Positions 26,352-36,388 of a DNA stretch of 56,316 nt are shown here, piece by piece. A program made the position numbers and the translations under genes. The DNA is from Thermoanaerobaculia bacterium. GTDB lineage: Bacteria > Acidobacteriota > Thermoanaerobaculia > UBA5066. How positions within the stretch are numbered: the first letter of the stretch is position 1; the number at the start of each line of letters is the position of its first letter. Under the pieces are notes generated by a model. That model made no database searches and was not told where the DNA came from. It saw only the letters and a list, made by a program, of their open reading frames with translations. The stretch spans positions 1 through 56,316 of the forward strand of contig JBGQDL010000003.1 of NCBI GenBank assembly GCA_041495865.1. Direction: 5' to 3'.

Positions 26352-28085
26352 GTGCTCGCCCCTGCCGAGGAGAAGTACTATCGGGACTTTCTCGCCGTGC
26401 TCAGCCAGAGGTGGCAGCCGGCGAAGGCGGCGTTCTACGCGCTGGATTCGGCGAGTTCCACGTTCCGCCTGAAGGCGCAGTTCGGCTTCAGCCGCACCGA
26501 CCACCTCACGGAATGGCTCGGTCGAAACGACGCCCTCGTCAATCACCTCTACGAGCACCGCGAGCCGACCTATTTCAACAGCGTGGCCCACGCGGGGAAG
26601 CTGGCGGACCTGATGATGCAGGCGACGTCGACGCGCATGCTCCTCGCTCCGCTCTACCTCGAGGGGCGGGCCATGGGAATCGTCGACGCGCGCGACAAGG
26701 CCGATCGCCGGGCCTTTACTCAAGAGGACGTCCTCGAGATCACCGACCTCCTTCGCCGCTTCGTGATCGAGCTGCGCCGCATCGCGGACCTGCGGGGCGG
26801 AGAAGGCGGGACGCTCCCCAGACCGGCGGTGCAGGTCGAACGTCCGCTCGACTGGCTGGCGGGCACGGCGGCGCCTCCTCCTCCTCTCCAGCGCCCGTCG
26901 GGCTCCCCGGGGGCGAAGCTCGGCACGTCGGGCGTTTTCCGAAGGCCGGCCGCGCCGCCTCCCGAGTCCGAACCCGATCCCTCTGCGAGCAACGTGGCGC
27001 GGACGATCCGTCTCGTCGAGGAGACGCTCACGCGCGGCCCCGCTCCGAAGGTCGCCGTGCCGGCGGGCGGGGGTCTCTCGCCGCGCGAAGCGGAGTTCAT
27101 CGTCCTTTACCTTCCCACGTGCCTCAGCTATCAGGAAGTCGAGGTGGCCGCCGTGTCCTCCTTCGTGCCCGGTGGAGGCACGGTCACGATCGCGGCGCGG
27201 CGCCCGCTCGATCCCGACATCGAACCCGCGCTCCTCGAGAACCTCGAGAAGATCTTCGCGAAAACGGCCGTCGCGTTCCCGTTCACGTCCGATCCCTCCT
27301 GGCGCAGTCTCGGCGCGCCGGGCGCCGAGGCGTCCGCGGTGCGGCGGTCCGAGATCGGCTCCATCCAGTCGAGCGTGCTCGACAGCTCGGCGGAGGGTGT
27401 CGTCCTTTTCTCTCTCCTGTTCCGCCACGGCCTGACCGCCGACGTCCGCGAGGCGCTCCGCTCGGCGCACGTGTTCCTGAGGAACGTCCTCGCCGGCACC
27501 CGCAGCGAGGCGCGCTACAGCGAGGCGTACCGAGGTCTCATCAACAAGCTTCTCGAGCCGGGCCTCCAGAAACGAGCCGCCCTGAAGGCGCACTCCTTCA
27601 ACGTGGGCCGGATGGCCCGCAAGCTCGCCGCAAGGCTCGGCGTCACGCCGGCGGAGGTCGAGCAGGTCACGGTCGCCGGCCTCCTGCACGACGTCGGCAT
27701 GCGCGAGCTCAACTACGACGCTCTCTACGTCAAGCGCAGCCTGACCGACGAGGAGATGGCCCTCGTGCGCCAGCATCCCCGCGTGGGCGCGTTTCTCGTC
27801 GAGGACATCGCCTGGCCGTACCCCGTCGCGCCGCTCATCCGACATCACCACGAAAGGTGGGACGGCGGCGGCTATCCCGACGGCCTCAAGGGCGACGAGA
27901 TTCCATTCGGGTCGCGCATCATCCACCTGTGCGAGGCGTTCGACGCGCTGACGTCTCCGACCTCGTACCGCGCGGTCCTCTCGGACTATCAGGCCATCGA
28001 GATCCTGCACTCGAAGGCGGGAACGCAATTCGACCCCGTGATCACGCCGGAGCTCAAGCGGATGATCGACGACGAGGCGGGCTGA
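26352..28085 (+). CDS. GAF-like plus HD-GYP domain protein
   Basis: N-terminal GAF-like region (MLLAPLYLEGRAMGIV); LLHDVG, HHERWDGGGYPDGLKG, GTQFDP; SD ggagg before GTG 26352. Confidence 0.85.
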   Translation: MLAPAEEKYYRDFLAVLSQRWQPAKAAFYALDSASSTFRLKAQFGFSRTDHLTEWLGRNDALVNHLYEHREPTYFNSVAHAGKLADLMMQATSTRMLLAPLYLEGRAMGIVDARDKADRRAFTQEDVLEITDLLRRFVIELRRIADLRGGEGGTLPRPAVQVERPLDWLAGTAAPPPPLQRPSGSPGAKLGTSGVFRRPAAPPPESEPDPSASNVARTIRLVEETLTRGPAPKVAVPAGGGLSPREAEFIVLYLPTCLSYQEVEVAAVSSFVPGGGTVTIAARRPLDPDIEPALLENLEKIFAKTAVAFPFTSDPSWRSLGAPGAEASAVRRSEIGSIQSSVLDSSAEGVVLFSLLFRHGLTADVREALRSAHVFLRNVLAGTRSEARYSEAYRGLINKLLEPGLQKRAALKAHSFNVGRMARKLAARLGVTPAEVEQVTVAGLLHDVGMRELNYDALYVKRSLTDEEMALVRQHPRVGAFLVEDIAWPYPVAPLIRHHHERWDGGGYPDGLKGDEIPFGSRIIHLCEAFDALTSPTSYRAVLSDYQAIEILHSKAGTQFDPVITPELKRMIDDEAG

Positions 28086-28098
28086 GCCGGGACGCCGT

Positions 28099-28617
28099 GT
28101 GAAATCCCGCATCGAGAGACAGGACGAGAAGGCGGCGGCGCGCGCGGCCCGAAAGAACGCCGGCGACCGTCCCATCGCGTCGAACCGGCGCGCGTTCCAC
28201 GAGTACAACATCGAGGAGAAGCTCGAGGCCGGGGTCTCGCTGACGGGGCCCGAGGTGAAATCCCTGCGCGAGGGCCAGGCCAGCCTCCAGGACGGCTACG
28301 TGGCGGTGACCGGCGGCGAGGCCTGGCTGTGGAACGTCCACATTCCGCCCTACGGGGCGGCCAGCACGAACAACGTCGACGCGAAACGCAGCCGCAGGCT
28401 CCTCCTCCACAAACGCGAGATCGTGCGCCTCGCGTCGAAGATACAGCGGTCGGGCGCCACGTGCGTGCCCCTCACGCTCTACTTCAAGGGCCCGCGCGTC
28501 AAGGTCGAGATCGCGCTCGTGACCGGCAAGAAGCTGCGCGACAAGCGCGAGACGATCCGCCGGCGCGAGGCTGACCGCGAGGCCCGAGCCGAGATGAAGT
28601 CCGCGCGGCGGCGCTGA
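28099..28617 (+). CDS. smpB: SsrA-binding protein
   Basis: NRRAFHEY, EAGVSLTGPEVKSLR, HIPPY, RRLLLHKREI, GKKLRDKRETI. Confidence 0.97.
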   Translation: MKSRIERQDEKAAARAARKNAGDRPIASNRRAFHEYNIEEKLEAGVSLTGPEVKSLREGQASLQDGYVAVTGGEAWLWNVHIPPYGAASTNNVDAKRSRRLLLHKREIVRLASKIQRSGATCVPLTLYFKGPRVKVEIALVTGKKLRDKRETIRRREADREARAEMKSARRR

Positions 28618-28627
28618 GGGAGCCCTG

Positions 28628-29629
28628 CTACGGCCAGTAATGTCTCTTGTTCTCGCGGTAGTACGCGAGCGTGCGCGCCAGGCCCTCCGGGAGCGGCGTC
28701 TTCGGCCGCCACCCTAGAAGCCGCCTGATCTTCGTGATGTCCGAGACGAAGTCCCCCGGCTCCTGTGCCTTGCGCTCGGGCGAGAAGGGCGCGAATTCCC
28801 ACGGCGCGCCCGTCAGCCGGGTGAGCTCCTCGGCCAGCTCGCGGAAGTTCGTGACGCGGTCGCTCCCCACGTTCAGGATCTCGCCGCGCGCCGCGTCGCT
28901 CACGGCGCTCGTGAGGATCGCCTCGATGCAGTCGTCGACGTAGAGAAAATCGCGCTTGATCGTGCCGTCGCCGAAGACCTTCATCGGCCCGCCGTCGAGC
29001 GCCATGCGCACGAACCAGTTCACGACGCCGTGGCGCGAGTGGCGCATCTGCGCGCGGGGCCCGTAGACGTTCGTTATGCGCAGCAGGGCGGACGCGATGC
29101 CGTGGACCTCGTCGTACACCTCGATGATCTTCTCGGCCGTGAGATTCGAGATCTCGTAGATGCCCTTCGGATGGGTGGGCGCCGTCTCGCTGACCGGCAG
29201 CGAGCCCGCGGGGCCGTACTCGCCGCGCGTCCCGGAGTGCACGACGCGCGCGCGCGGGTTGTGATGCTTCAGGGCCTCCATGAGGACGGCCGTTCCCTTG
29301 ATGTTGATGTCGATGTCGGGAAACGGGTCGGTCAGGCTCAGGATGTGGTCCACCTGGCCGGCGAGGTGGAAGACGAAGTCCTGTCCGTCCACGACGTACT
29401 TCATCGCGTTCGGGTCGCGGATGTCGCATACGTTCAAGCGCACGCGGCCGCGCACGGGCTCGATGTTGAAGAGGTTTCCGCCGAAGCCCGGAAGAAGCGC
29501 ATCGACGATCGTCACCTCGGCGCCCCTCTCGACGAGCGCGATCGCAAGGTTGCTTCCGATGAAGCCCAGGCCGCCGGTGACGAGGGCGCGGGCGCCGGCG
29601 AAGCCTGTGCGGTCGGGTGCGGGCGGCAC
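28628..29629 (-). CDS. NAD-dependent nucleotide-sugar epimerase/dehydratase
   Basis: VTGGLGFIGSNL, VFHLAGQ, TNVYGPR, RDFLYVDD. Confidence 0.92.
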   Translation of the reverse strand: MPPAPDRTGFAGARALVTGGLGFIGSNLAIALVERGAEVTIVDALLPGFGGNLFNIEPVRGRVRLNVCDIRDPNAMKYVVDGQDFVFHLAGQVDHILSLTDPFPDIDINIKGTAVLMEALKHHNPRARVVHSGTRGEYGPAGSLPVSETAPTHPKGIYEISNLTAEKIIEVYDEVHGIASALLRITNVYGPRAQMRHSRHGVVNWFVRMALDGGPMKVFGDGTIKRDFLYVDDCIEAILTSAVSDAARGEILNVGSDRVTNFRELAEELTRLTGAPWEFAPFSPERKAQEPGDFVSDITKIRRLLGWRPKTPLPEGLARTLAYYRENKRHYWP

Positions 29630-29671
29630 GCCGGGGATATTACCGGGCGGCCCTGCCCGCCCCGCGCGCCC

Positions 29672-30817
29672 TCACCAGCGGCGGCCGGCGAGACCCCGCA
29701 AGGTCTGCAGGAGCTTCCAACCGCGCGAGCCGCGCACGGCCGCGAGCTCTTTCGTCAGCTTCTCGATCTCCCGCGCGGCCGCGCCGGCGCCCGGCGGAGA
29801 CGAGAGGGCGAGCGGGCGCAGGCGGGAAGGCCGCGCGATCCTTCCCGCGGGCACTTCGCGCGCGGCGTCGAGCGGCCGCGCGGCGATCGCGGTGAAGTCG
29901 CTCGCGAGGACCCCGGAGTCGATGAGGAGCGCCTCGGCCGCGGCGAGGACCCTAACGAGCGCGGCGTCCTTCTCGTCGTGCGGATCGAAATTGTGGATGA
30001 TGTGCTCGAGGAGAAGGTTGAGAATCGTCCCGCCGTAGTCGGCGCGCACGACGATCTCGAAGAGGCGCTCGACCTCGGGGAGGATGAGATCCGATCGGAT
30101 CGCCTCGGACGGGTCGGCGACGTTCCAGTGCTCGACCGGCATCCGCACGTACTCCGTCTTCGGGAAACCCGTCGTCGCGTCTTTCCGGTAAGGCTCCGGG
30201 AGCGCCGCCAGAAGCGTGCGCACGGCTTCGAGCTGCGTCTCGGGGAACTGGAACTGCCGCGCCCCCACGAATTCATTGAGGAGCAGGAAGCCGCCGGGCC
30301 TTAGCGCGCGTCTCACGGCCTCGAGCGCCGCCCGGATCTCCCGCACGTGGTGGAGCGCCATGTTCATCATCACGACGTCGAACGCTCGGGCGTCGAGCGA
30401 GAAGCGGTCGACATCGATCGTGTCGAACGAGAGGTTCGTGACGCCGGCCTCCGCGGCGGCGCGCCGCGCGAGATCGAGCGAGGCCCGCGACGCGTCGAAC
30501 GCGGCGAGCGAGCCGCACAGGCCGAGCTTCGCGGCCTTGATCTCCTCGCCGGCGGCCCCGCAGCCGAGGCTCGCCCAGCGGCCGCCTTTCGGGATGCCGG
30601 CCCGCGCCATCATGCCCTCGATCCAGTTCGTGTGCGGCGCGCCGGTGACGCGCGCCTGGAAGATCTCCCCGAACACGAATGGCGAATCGAGCCAGCCTTG
30701 CCGGTGGTCGATCGCACGGGCCGTCGCCGTCTCGTTCCACCGCGCCACGACGCGGGCATCCGCAACGGACGTGGACGGACGCGCGCCGCCGCCTCTTGCC
30801 GGTTCGGGATCGCTCAC
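29672..30817 (-). CDS. Class I SAM methyltransferase with C-terminal coil and amphipathic tail
   Basis: SLGCGAA, ALHHV, ALRPGGFLLLNEFVG, DPSEAIRS; ends SRGWKLLQTLRGLAGRRW. Confidence 0.85.
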   Translation of the reverse strand: MSDPEPARGGGARPSTSVADARVVARWNETATARAIDHRQGWLDSPFVFGEIFQARVTGAPHTNWIEGMMARAGIPKGGRWASLGCGAAGEEIKAAKLGLCGSLAAFDASRASLDLARRAAAEAGVTNLSFDTIDVDRFSLDARAFDVVMMNMALHHVREIRAALEAVRRALRPGGFLLLNEFVGARQFQFPETQLEAVRTLLAALPEPYRKDATTGFPKTEYVRMPVEHWNVADPSEAIRSDLILPEVERLFEIVVRADYGGTILNLLLEHIIHNFDPHDEKDAALVRVLAAAEALLIDSGVLASDFTAIAARPLDAAREVPAGRIARPSRLRPLALSSPPGAGAAAREIEKLTKELAAVRGSRGWKLLQTLRGLAGRRW

Positions 30818-30885
30818 GCAAGAGCGAGTTTAGCCAATGCGCGCCCTTCGGGCGGCTTCGACGCAAACTGACGTAGATTGGCCGG

Positions 30886-32916
30886 ATGCCGGTACCGGGA
30901 GAGTCGGCGCGCCGCCCCGGGGTGCGGGCGGCGCTGGTCTTCGCGGTGGCGTTCCTCGTCTTCAACGCCAACCTCCGCTATGTCGCGAGCTTCGACAGCC
31001 TCGCCTCGAGCCTGCTGCCGTTCCGGATGCTCGGCGGCCACGGACTGACGCTCGAGGAGCCGAAGGGACTCCCGCCCGCGGTCGCGTATTCGATCGTGCG
31101 CTCGCGGACGGGCGCCTGGGTCTCCTTCTACCCCGTCGTGACGCCGCTTCTCGTCACGCCTCTCTACGTACCGGCGGCGGCCTGGGTCGCGCGGGGCGGC
31201 CAGCTCGAAACGGCGCGCATCCTGATGGAGAAGCTCGCCGCCTCCGCCGTGGCGGCGGGCTCGGCCGCCCTTCTCTTCCTCGTGCTCCTGCGGCTGACGC
31301 GGCCTCTCCTCGCGCTCCTTTTGACTTCTGCATACGCCTTCGGGACCTCGACGTGGACGATCTCGAGCCAGGCGCTCTGGCAGCACGGCACGGGGGAGCT
31401 CCTCTTGGCGGCGTGTCTCCTCCTCCTCGCGCGCGGCGTGAGCTCGCCGGGCGGCCTCGCGCTCTTCGGTTTCGCCGGGGGCCTCCTCGCGGCGAACCGC
31501 CCGACCGATGTTCTGTTCTTCCTCCCGCTCGCCTTCCTCGTCCTGCGGCGCCACGGGAGGCGCGCCTGGCCCTTCTTCGCGGTGAGCCTCGCGCTCGGCG
31601 CGCTCGCCATCGGCTGGAACCTCGTGCACTTCGACAGTCTTCTCGGCGGGTACGGCACCTACGTGAGTCCGGACGGAAGGCTCGTCGGGCGCAACCGGAC
31701 GGGCTTTGCCGCGCTGGGCGGTCTCGCCGGGCTCCTCTTCAGCAACCGGGGCCTCTTTTTCTTTTCGCCGTTCGCCCTGCTCGTCGCCCTCCTGCCGTGG
31801 CGCGGCCCCGAACGCCTGCCGGGCACGAGGCTTCTTCTCCTCGGGTATCTCGCGTCCCTCTACGTGCACGGACAGTTGTTCGCTTTCGACTGGGCGGGCG
31901 GTTACTGCTATGGGCCGCGGTACTCGATCCACGGGCTTCCCGTCCTCGTCGCGGCGCTCGCCGTTCCGCTCGAGCGCGCCTCCCGCCGCCTCGCGGGCCG
32001 GCTCTTCGTCTCCCTCGCGATCGCCGTCGCGGTCCTTTTCCAGGTCGCCGGCGCGTTTTTCTATCCGCGCGGAGACAGCGGGAACTGGGGCTACGGGCTC
32101 TTCACGCTGCGGCGCTCCCCGCCGGCGCTCGCTCTCGCAGCGGGGCCGGCTCCGCCCGACTTCCTCGGCCTCCTCGTGCCGCGGCTCGCGACGCGCGAGC
32201 CGCTCGGGGAACGCGCCACGGCCGTGCGCTACGCGTGGGAGGAGGTGCCGCCGGCGCGTTGGGCGCCGGGCGAGAGGCGCCGCCTCGCCGTCCGTGTCAC
32301 GAACGCGGGAAACGACTCGTGGAAGGGGCTCGGCGGCTTCATGAACGCGGGCGGCGTGCGCCTTCTCGTGAGGTGGCGGCGCGGCGGGCTCGACGGGCCG
32401 ATTCTCCTGGAGGAGACCCGCTGGGCCTTCCTGCGCCTGAAGGCCGGTCGCACGGCCCGCCTCGAGATCGAGGCGGGGGCCCCGGCTGACGAAGGACCCG
32501 TCACGCTCGCCGTCGAGCTGACGCAGGTGCAGGTGGGCCCGTTCTCGGAGCGCGGACACCCGCCGCTCGCCGCGAGCGCTACGATCGCACGGCCCGAGGA
32601 CGGCCTCTCGTGGTCGATCGAAGGTCCGCCAACAGTCGCTTCGGGCGGCGCGGCGCGCTTCTCTATCGCGGTTCGGGGAGGGGCGCTGGAGCCAGCGACA
32701 CTTTCCTGGCGATGGCGCCGGCCGGGCGGCCCCGTCGTGACGACGGGCGGGGGCGTGCCCCTCGTGAAAGCGCCGGACGGGGCGCTTCGGGCCTACGTGA
32801 CTGTCGAGGCGCGAGTCGTGGGGGGCGGTTACCTTCTCGAGTTCCGCCTCGACGACCCGTCGCGTCCTAGGGAGGGTTTTCGGGCGGCTGTTCCCCGACC
32901 GATCGCCGTTCGCTGA
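30886..32916 (+). CDS. GT-C-like polytopic membrane protein with C-terminal Ig-like domains
   Basis: SFDS loop, S.YP, SQALWQH, RPTD, GLFFFSP, W.GGYCYGPRY; soluble beta-rich C-terminus. Confidence 0.72.
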   Translation: MPVPGESARRPGVRAALVFAVAFLVFNANLRYVASFDSLASSLLPFRMLGGHGLTLEEPKGLPPAVAYSIVRSRTGAWVSFYPVVTPLLVTPLYVPAAAWVARGGQLETARILMEKLAASAVAAGSAALLFLVLLRLTRPLLALLLTSAYAFGTSTWTISSQALWQHGTGELLLAACLLLLARGVSSPGGLALFGFAGGLLAANRPTDVLFFLPLAFLVLRRHGRRAWPFFAVSLALGALAIGWNLVHFDSLLGGYGTYVSPDGRLVGRNRTGFAALGGLAGLLFSNRGLFFFSPFALLVALLPWRGPERLPGTRLLLLGYLASLYVHGQLFAFDWAGGYCYGPRYSIHGLPVLVAALAVPLERASRRLAGRLFVSLAIAVAVLFQVAGAFFYPRGDSGNWGYGLFTLRRSPPALALAAGPAPPDFLGLLVPRLATREPLGERATAVRYAWEEVPPARWAPGERRRLAVRVTNAGNDSWKGLGGFMNAGGVRLLVRWRRGGLDGPILLEETRWAFLRLKAGRTARLEIEAGAPADEGPVTLAVELTQVQVGPFSERGHPPLAASATIARPEDGLSWSIEGPPTVASGGAARFSIAVRGGALEPATLSWRWRRPGGPVVTTGGGVPLVKAPDGALRAYVTVEARVVGGGYLLEFRLDDPSRPREGFRAAVPRPIAVR

Positions 32917-33132
32917 CGGCACCGGCGAGGATCTGCGCTGTCCGCCAATTGACCACCAAATTTTGACAGCGCGCGGCGGCCCGAGGCAGCATGTTTCGTC
33001 GGGCGTGCGAGTCGCCGGGGAGACACATTCTCAATAACCCGCTGGGAACGTGGGATTTAGGTGTTGCCGATCACTTCCGGGCGAAGAACCCGCTTTCGGT
33101 CGCGCGGCACGGGTGCGGCAAGGATCGTGAAT

Positions 33133-34992
33133 ATGGGCCCGTCTTCTCCCATCCGGCGTACGGCGAAGCGTGTGACTCTCGCGCTGACTTGCGCCCTGGC
33201 GCTCGGCCTCGTGGCGAGCGGCACGATCCCGCTGGGCGCATCGGGCGGCTTGCGGGCGGGCAACCCGGGGCGCATCGTCGACCTGCCCGACGGGCGCGGC
33301 GAAGCCGAGCTTCTCTCGTTCGACTCGAACCTCGTCCCCGCGCTGCTTTCCACCGCTCCTGAGTCGAACGTCGACGTCGCGGACTGGCCCGCCGCGCCGG
33401 GCGTGCGCCGCAGCGTGCACCTCGCGCGCCACGAGATCTACGCGCCCGGGGCCCGAATGCTGCGCGTCGACGCCGAGGGCGAGCACGACGTGCCGCGCTC
33501 GCGCCTCGTCTTTTTCTGGGGCCGGGACGAAGCCGGCGGACGCGTCATGGTTTCCGTGGACCCCGAGACCCACGAGCTCCGCGGCCTCTCGCGCAGCCCG
33601 GACGGCTTCCACGAATTCGCGCCCGACGGCCCGGACGGCCGCGGCCTGCACCGGCTGATGAAATCCGGTCCCCCCGAGGGCGCCCCCGCTCCACAGATCA
33701 CGTGCGGGCAGGAGGACGACGCCGAGACGCGTTACGCGTTCTCGGGACGCGAGCCGCTCGGGCGCGCAGCGATGAACCTCCCCTCTCTCCACACCGCGAC
33801 GGTCGCCTTCGACACGGACAACGAGCTGATGCAGCTCAAGTTCGGCGACAACGTGGCGCTCGCGACGAACTACATCGCAACCCTCGTCGCGTCGATCAAC
33901 GTGATCTACGAGCGCGACCTGAACCTCCGGCTGCTGCAGGGGCAAACGTTCTACCGAGTCTCGTCCGTCGCCGACCCGTATACCGGCGGTACCGGGAGCG
34001 CGGACGTCAACAAGCTGAACGAGTTCGGCGGCTACTGGTCCACGAACAACGGGTCCGTCACGCGTGCGCTGGCCGCGATGCTCTCCGGCAAGCAGTTAGA
34101 CCCGAACTCCGCCTCGGGCATCGCCAGGGTCGCGCCGACGCCGCTGTGCAGCACGACGAACGGCTACAGCTTCAGCCAGATCTTCAAGTCCAACTACCTG
34201 TCGGGCGACACGATGATCGTGGGCCACGAGATCGGGCACAATCTCAGCTCGCCGCACACGCACTGCTATCCCGATCCCGCGCCGGACCGCTGCTGGAACG
34301 GGGAGAGCTGCTACCTCGGGGCGACGAACTGTCCGGCGCCGCAGACCATCAACGGGATTCCGAACGTGACCGGCACGCTCATGAGCTACTGCCACCTCAC
34401 GGGCTGCAGCTCCGTCGCCGGGATGCAAGTCTTCCACCCCACGACGGTCAACAGCTACATCGGGCCGGCGCTGTCCTCGAAGGTCGGCGTCTGCGTGTTC
34501 CCGTTTGGCGGCGGGCCGACGCCGACGCCCACGCCGACGCGCACGCCAACACCTCCCGCCGGAGCCACGCCCACGCCGACTCCCACCTCGACGCCCACGC
34601 CCCCCGCCTCGGCCGCGACGAGGCTCCATCCGCTGGCGCCCTGCCGCCTGCTCGACACGCGCAATCCGGCCGGGCCCCTCGGCGGACCGCCCCTCGGCGG
34701 CGCCGCGCAGAGGACATTCGTCGTCTGGAGCACGTGCGGCGTTCCCGTGGGAGCGGTCGCGATCTCCTCGAACGTGACGGTCGTGAATCCCGCGGTGCAG
34801 GGCAACGTCATCGCCTACCCGGCGGGAGTCGGGACGCCGAACGCCTGGACGATCAGCTTCCGGGCCGGCAAGACGCGGGGGAACAACGCGCAGATCATGC
34901 TTTCTCAGGACGGCACGGGCCGCATCGTCGTCCAGAACAACTCGGCCGGCACGCTCGACCTCGTCGTGGACGTCAATGGCTACTACCAGTGA
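33133..34992 (+). CDS. Secreted M12/reprolysin-like zinc metalloprotease with Pro-Thr linker and PCRxxDTR C-terminal domain
   Basis: HEIGHNLSSPH zinc motif, Met-turn TLMSYCH, cysteine-switch-like TCG in the prodomain; start uncertain (33061-33172). Confidence 0.88.
   Translation: MGPSSPIRRTAKRVTLALTCALALGLVASGTIPLGASGGLRAGNPGRIVDLPDGRGEAELLSFDSNLVPALLSTAPESNVDVADWPAAPGVRRSVHLARHEIYAPGARMLRVDAEGEHDVPRSRLVFFWGRDEAGGRVMVSVDPETHELRGLSRSPDGFHEFAPDGPDGRGLHRLMKSGPPEGAPAPQITCGQEDDAETRYAFSGREPLGRAAMNLPSLHTATVAFDTDNELMQLKFGDNVALATNYIATLVASINVIYERDLNLRLLQGQTFYRVSSVADPYTGGTGSADVNKLNEFGGYWSTNNGSVTRALAAMLSGKQLDPNSASGIARVAPTPLCSTTNGYSFSQIFKSNYLSGDTMIVGHEIGHNLSSPHTHCYPDPAPDRCWNGESCYLGATNCPAPQTINGIPNVTGTLMSYCHLTGCSSVAGMQVFHPTTVNSYIGPALSSKVGVCVFPFGGGPTPTPTPTRTPTPPAGATPTPTPTSTPTPPASAATRLHPLAPCRLLDTRNPAGPLGGPPLGGAAQRTFVVWSTCGVPVGAVAISSNVTVVNPAVQGNVIAYPAGVGTPNAWTISFRAGKTRGNNAQIMLSQDGTGRIVVQNNSAGTLDLVVDVNGYYQ
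34516..34605 (+). repeat. Pro-Thr linker repeat
   Basis: Encodes PTPTPTPTRTPTPPAGATPTPTPTSTPTPP. Confidence 0.9.
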
Positions 34993-35002
34993 GCGCGCGC
35001 CG

Positions 35003-36388
35003 ATGACGGCCGTCCTCGCGGCGCTTTGCCTCGCCGCTCCCGCCGGGGCCCAGCCGGTCCAAGGTGGCCCGCTGCCCGGCCCTCTGCCGCTCTTTCCGGC
35101 CGACAACTGGTGGAACGCCGACGTGAGCGCCGCTCCCGTGGACGCGCAAAGCGCGACGTTCATCGCGTGGATCGGCACGGCGAAGGGCATGCATCCCGAC
35201 TTCGGGGGCGACGCGTCGACGGGCTCGACGGACATCTACGGAATGCCGTACATCGTCGTGCCGGGCACGCAGCCGCTCGAGCCGATGGCCTTCGACTACG
35301 CCACGGAGAGCGACCCGGGCGCGCCCGGACGTCCCGCGGGCTATCCGATTCCGGCCGAGGCGAAGACGCAGCCCCACTGGATCGAGGGCGGCTATCCCGG
35401 CAACTGCGATTCCTCGTATGCCGGCTCCCCATGCCGCGGCGACAAGCACATGCTCGTCGTCGACAGCGGCCACCGCCTCCTCTTCGAGACGTGGAACACG
35501 CGCTGCCTGCCCGCGGGCTCGGCGGCGTGCACGTGGCGCGCCGGCTCGGGCGCGGTCTTCCCGCTCGATGCAAACCTGCGGCGGCCCGACACGTGGACGA
35601 GCGCCGACGCCGCGGGCCTCGCGATCCTGCCGGGCCTCGTGCGCTACGACGAGGCCGCCGGGGCGGGCGCCATCCGCCATGCCTTCCGCGTCACGCTGCG
35701 CGACTCGAACGGGTACGTCTATCCGGCCTCGCACCGCGCGGGGTCGAATCCCAGCGCGCCTCCGCTCGGCACGCGCCTGCGCCTGAAGGCGGGCAGGGAC
35801 CTCTCGACGTTCCCCGCGATCGCTCAAAGAATCTTCCAGGCGATGAAGACGTACGGGCTCATCGTGGCCGACAACGGCTCGGATCTGTATGTACAAGGTA
35901 CGTACGACACGCGCTGGGACAACGGAATCCTCAACCCCGCCTTCGGCGCGCTCAGAGGGAGCGACTTCGATGTCGTGCAGCTCGGCTGGCAGCCCGCGGC
36001 GCCGCCCGCCGCGTTGGCGCTATACCCGCTCGTGCCGTGCCGAGCCGTCGACACGCGCCGCGCGCCGGGTCCGCTGGGCGGGCCCGCGATCGGCGCGAAC
36101 GCCGCGCGCACGTTCGCGCTCGCGGGGGCATGCGGCATCCCCTCCACGGCGAAAGCGGTCTCGGCGAACCTCGCGGCCGTGAACCCATCGGCCCCCGGAG
36201 ACCTCGTCGTCTTCCCGGCGGGGGTCGGCACGCCAAACGCGTCGAGCTTGAGCTTCGCGGCGGGCCGGACGCGCGCCAACAACACCCAGATCCTCCTCTC
36301 CTCGGATGGCACGAGTCGTGCAACAGTTCAGAACAACTCGAGAGGCACGCTCGACCTGCTGATCGACGTGACCGGGTATTACGAATGA
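35003..36388 (+). CDS. Secreted protein of unknown function with PCRxxDTR C-terminal domain
   Basis: Signal peptide AGA-Q; globular domain FPADNWWN...DAAGLAILPGLVRYDE...YGLIVADNG; ends LIDVTGYYE. Confidence 0.85.
   Translation: MTAVLAALCLAAPAGAQPVQGGPLPGPLPLFPADNWWNADVSAAPVDAQSATFIAWIGTAKGMHPDFGGDASTGSTDIYGMPYIVVPGTQPLEPMAFDYATESDPGAPGRPAGYPIPAEAKTQPHWIEGGYPGNCDSSYAGSPCRGDKHMLVVDSGHRLLFETWNTRCLPAGSAACTWRAGSGAVFPLDANLRRPDTWTSADAAGLAILPGLVRYDEAAGAGAIRHAFRVTLRDSNGYVYPASHRAGSNPSAPPLGTRLRLKAGRDLSTFPAIAQRIFQAMKTYGLIVADNGSDLYVQGTYDTRWDNGILNPAFGALRGSDFDVVQLGWQPAAPPAALALYPLVPCRAVDTRRAPGPLGGPAIGANAARTFALAGACGIPSTAKAVSANLAAVNPSAPGDLVVFPAGVGTPNASSLSFAAGRTRANNTQILLSSDGTSRATVQNNSRGTLDLLIDVTGYYE

Noticed and set aside
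28086-28630. tmRNA (ssrA) next to smpB
   Set aside because: No intergenic room and no tRNA-like ends.
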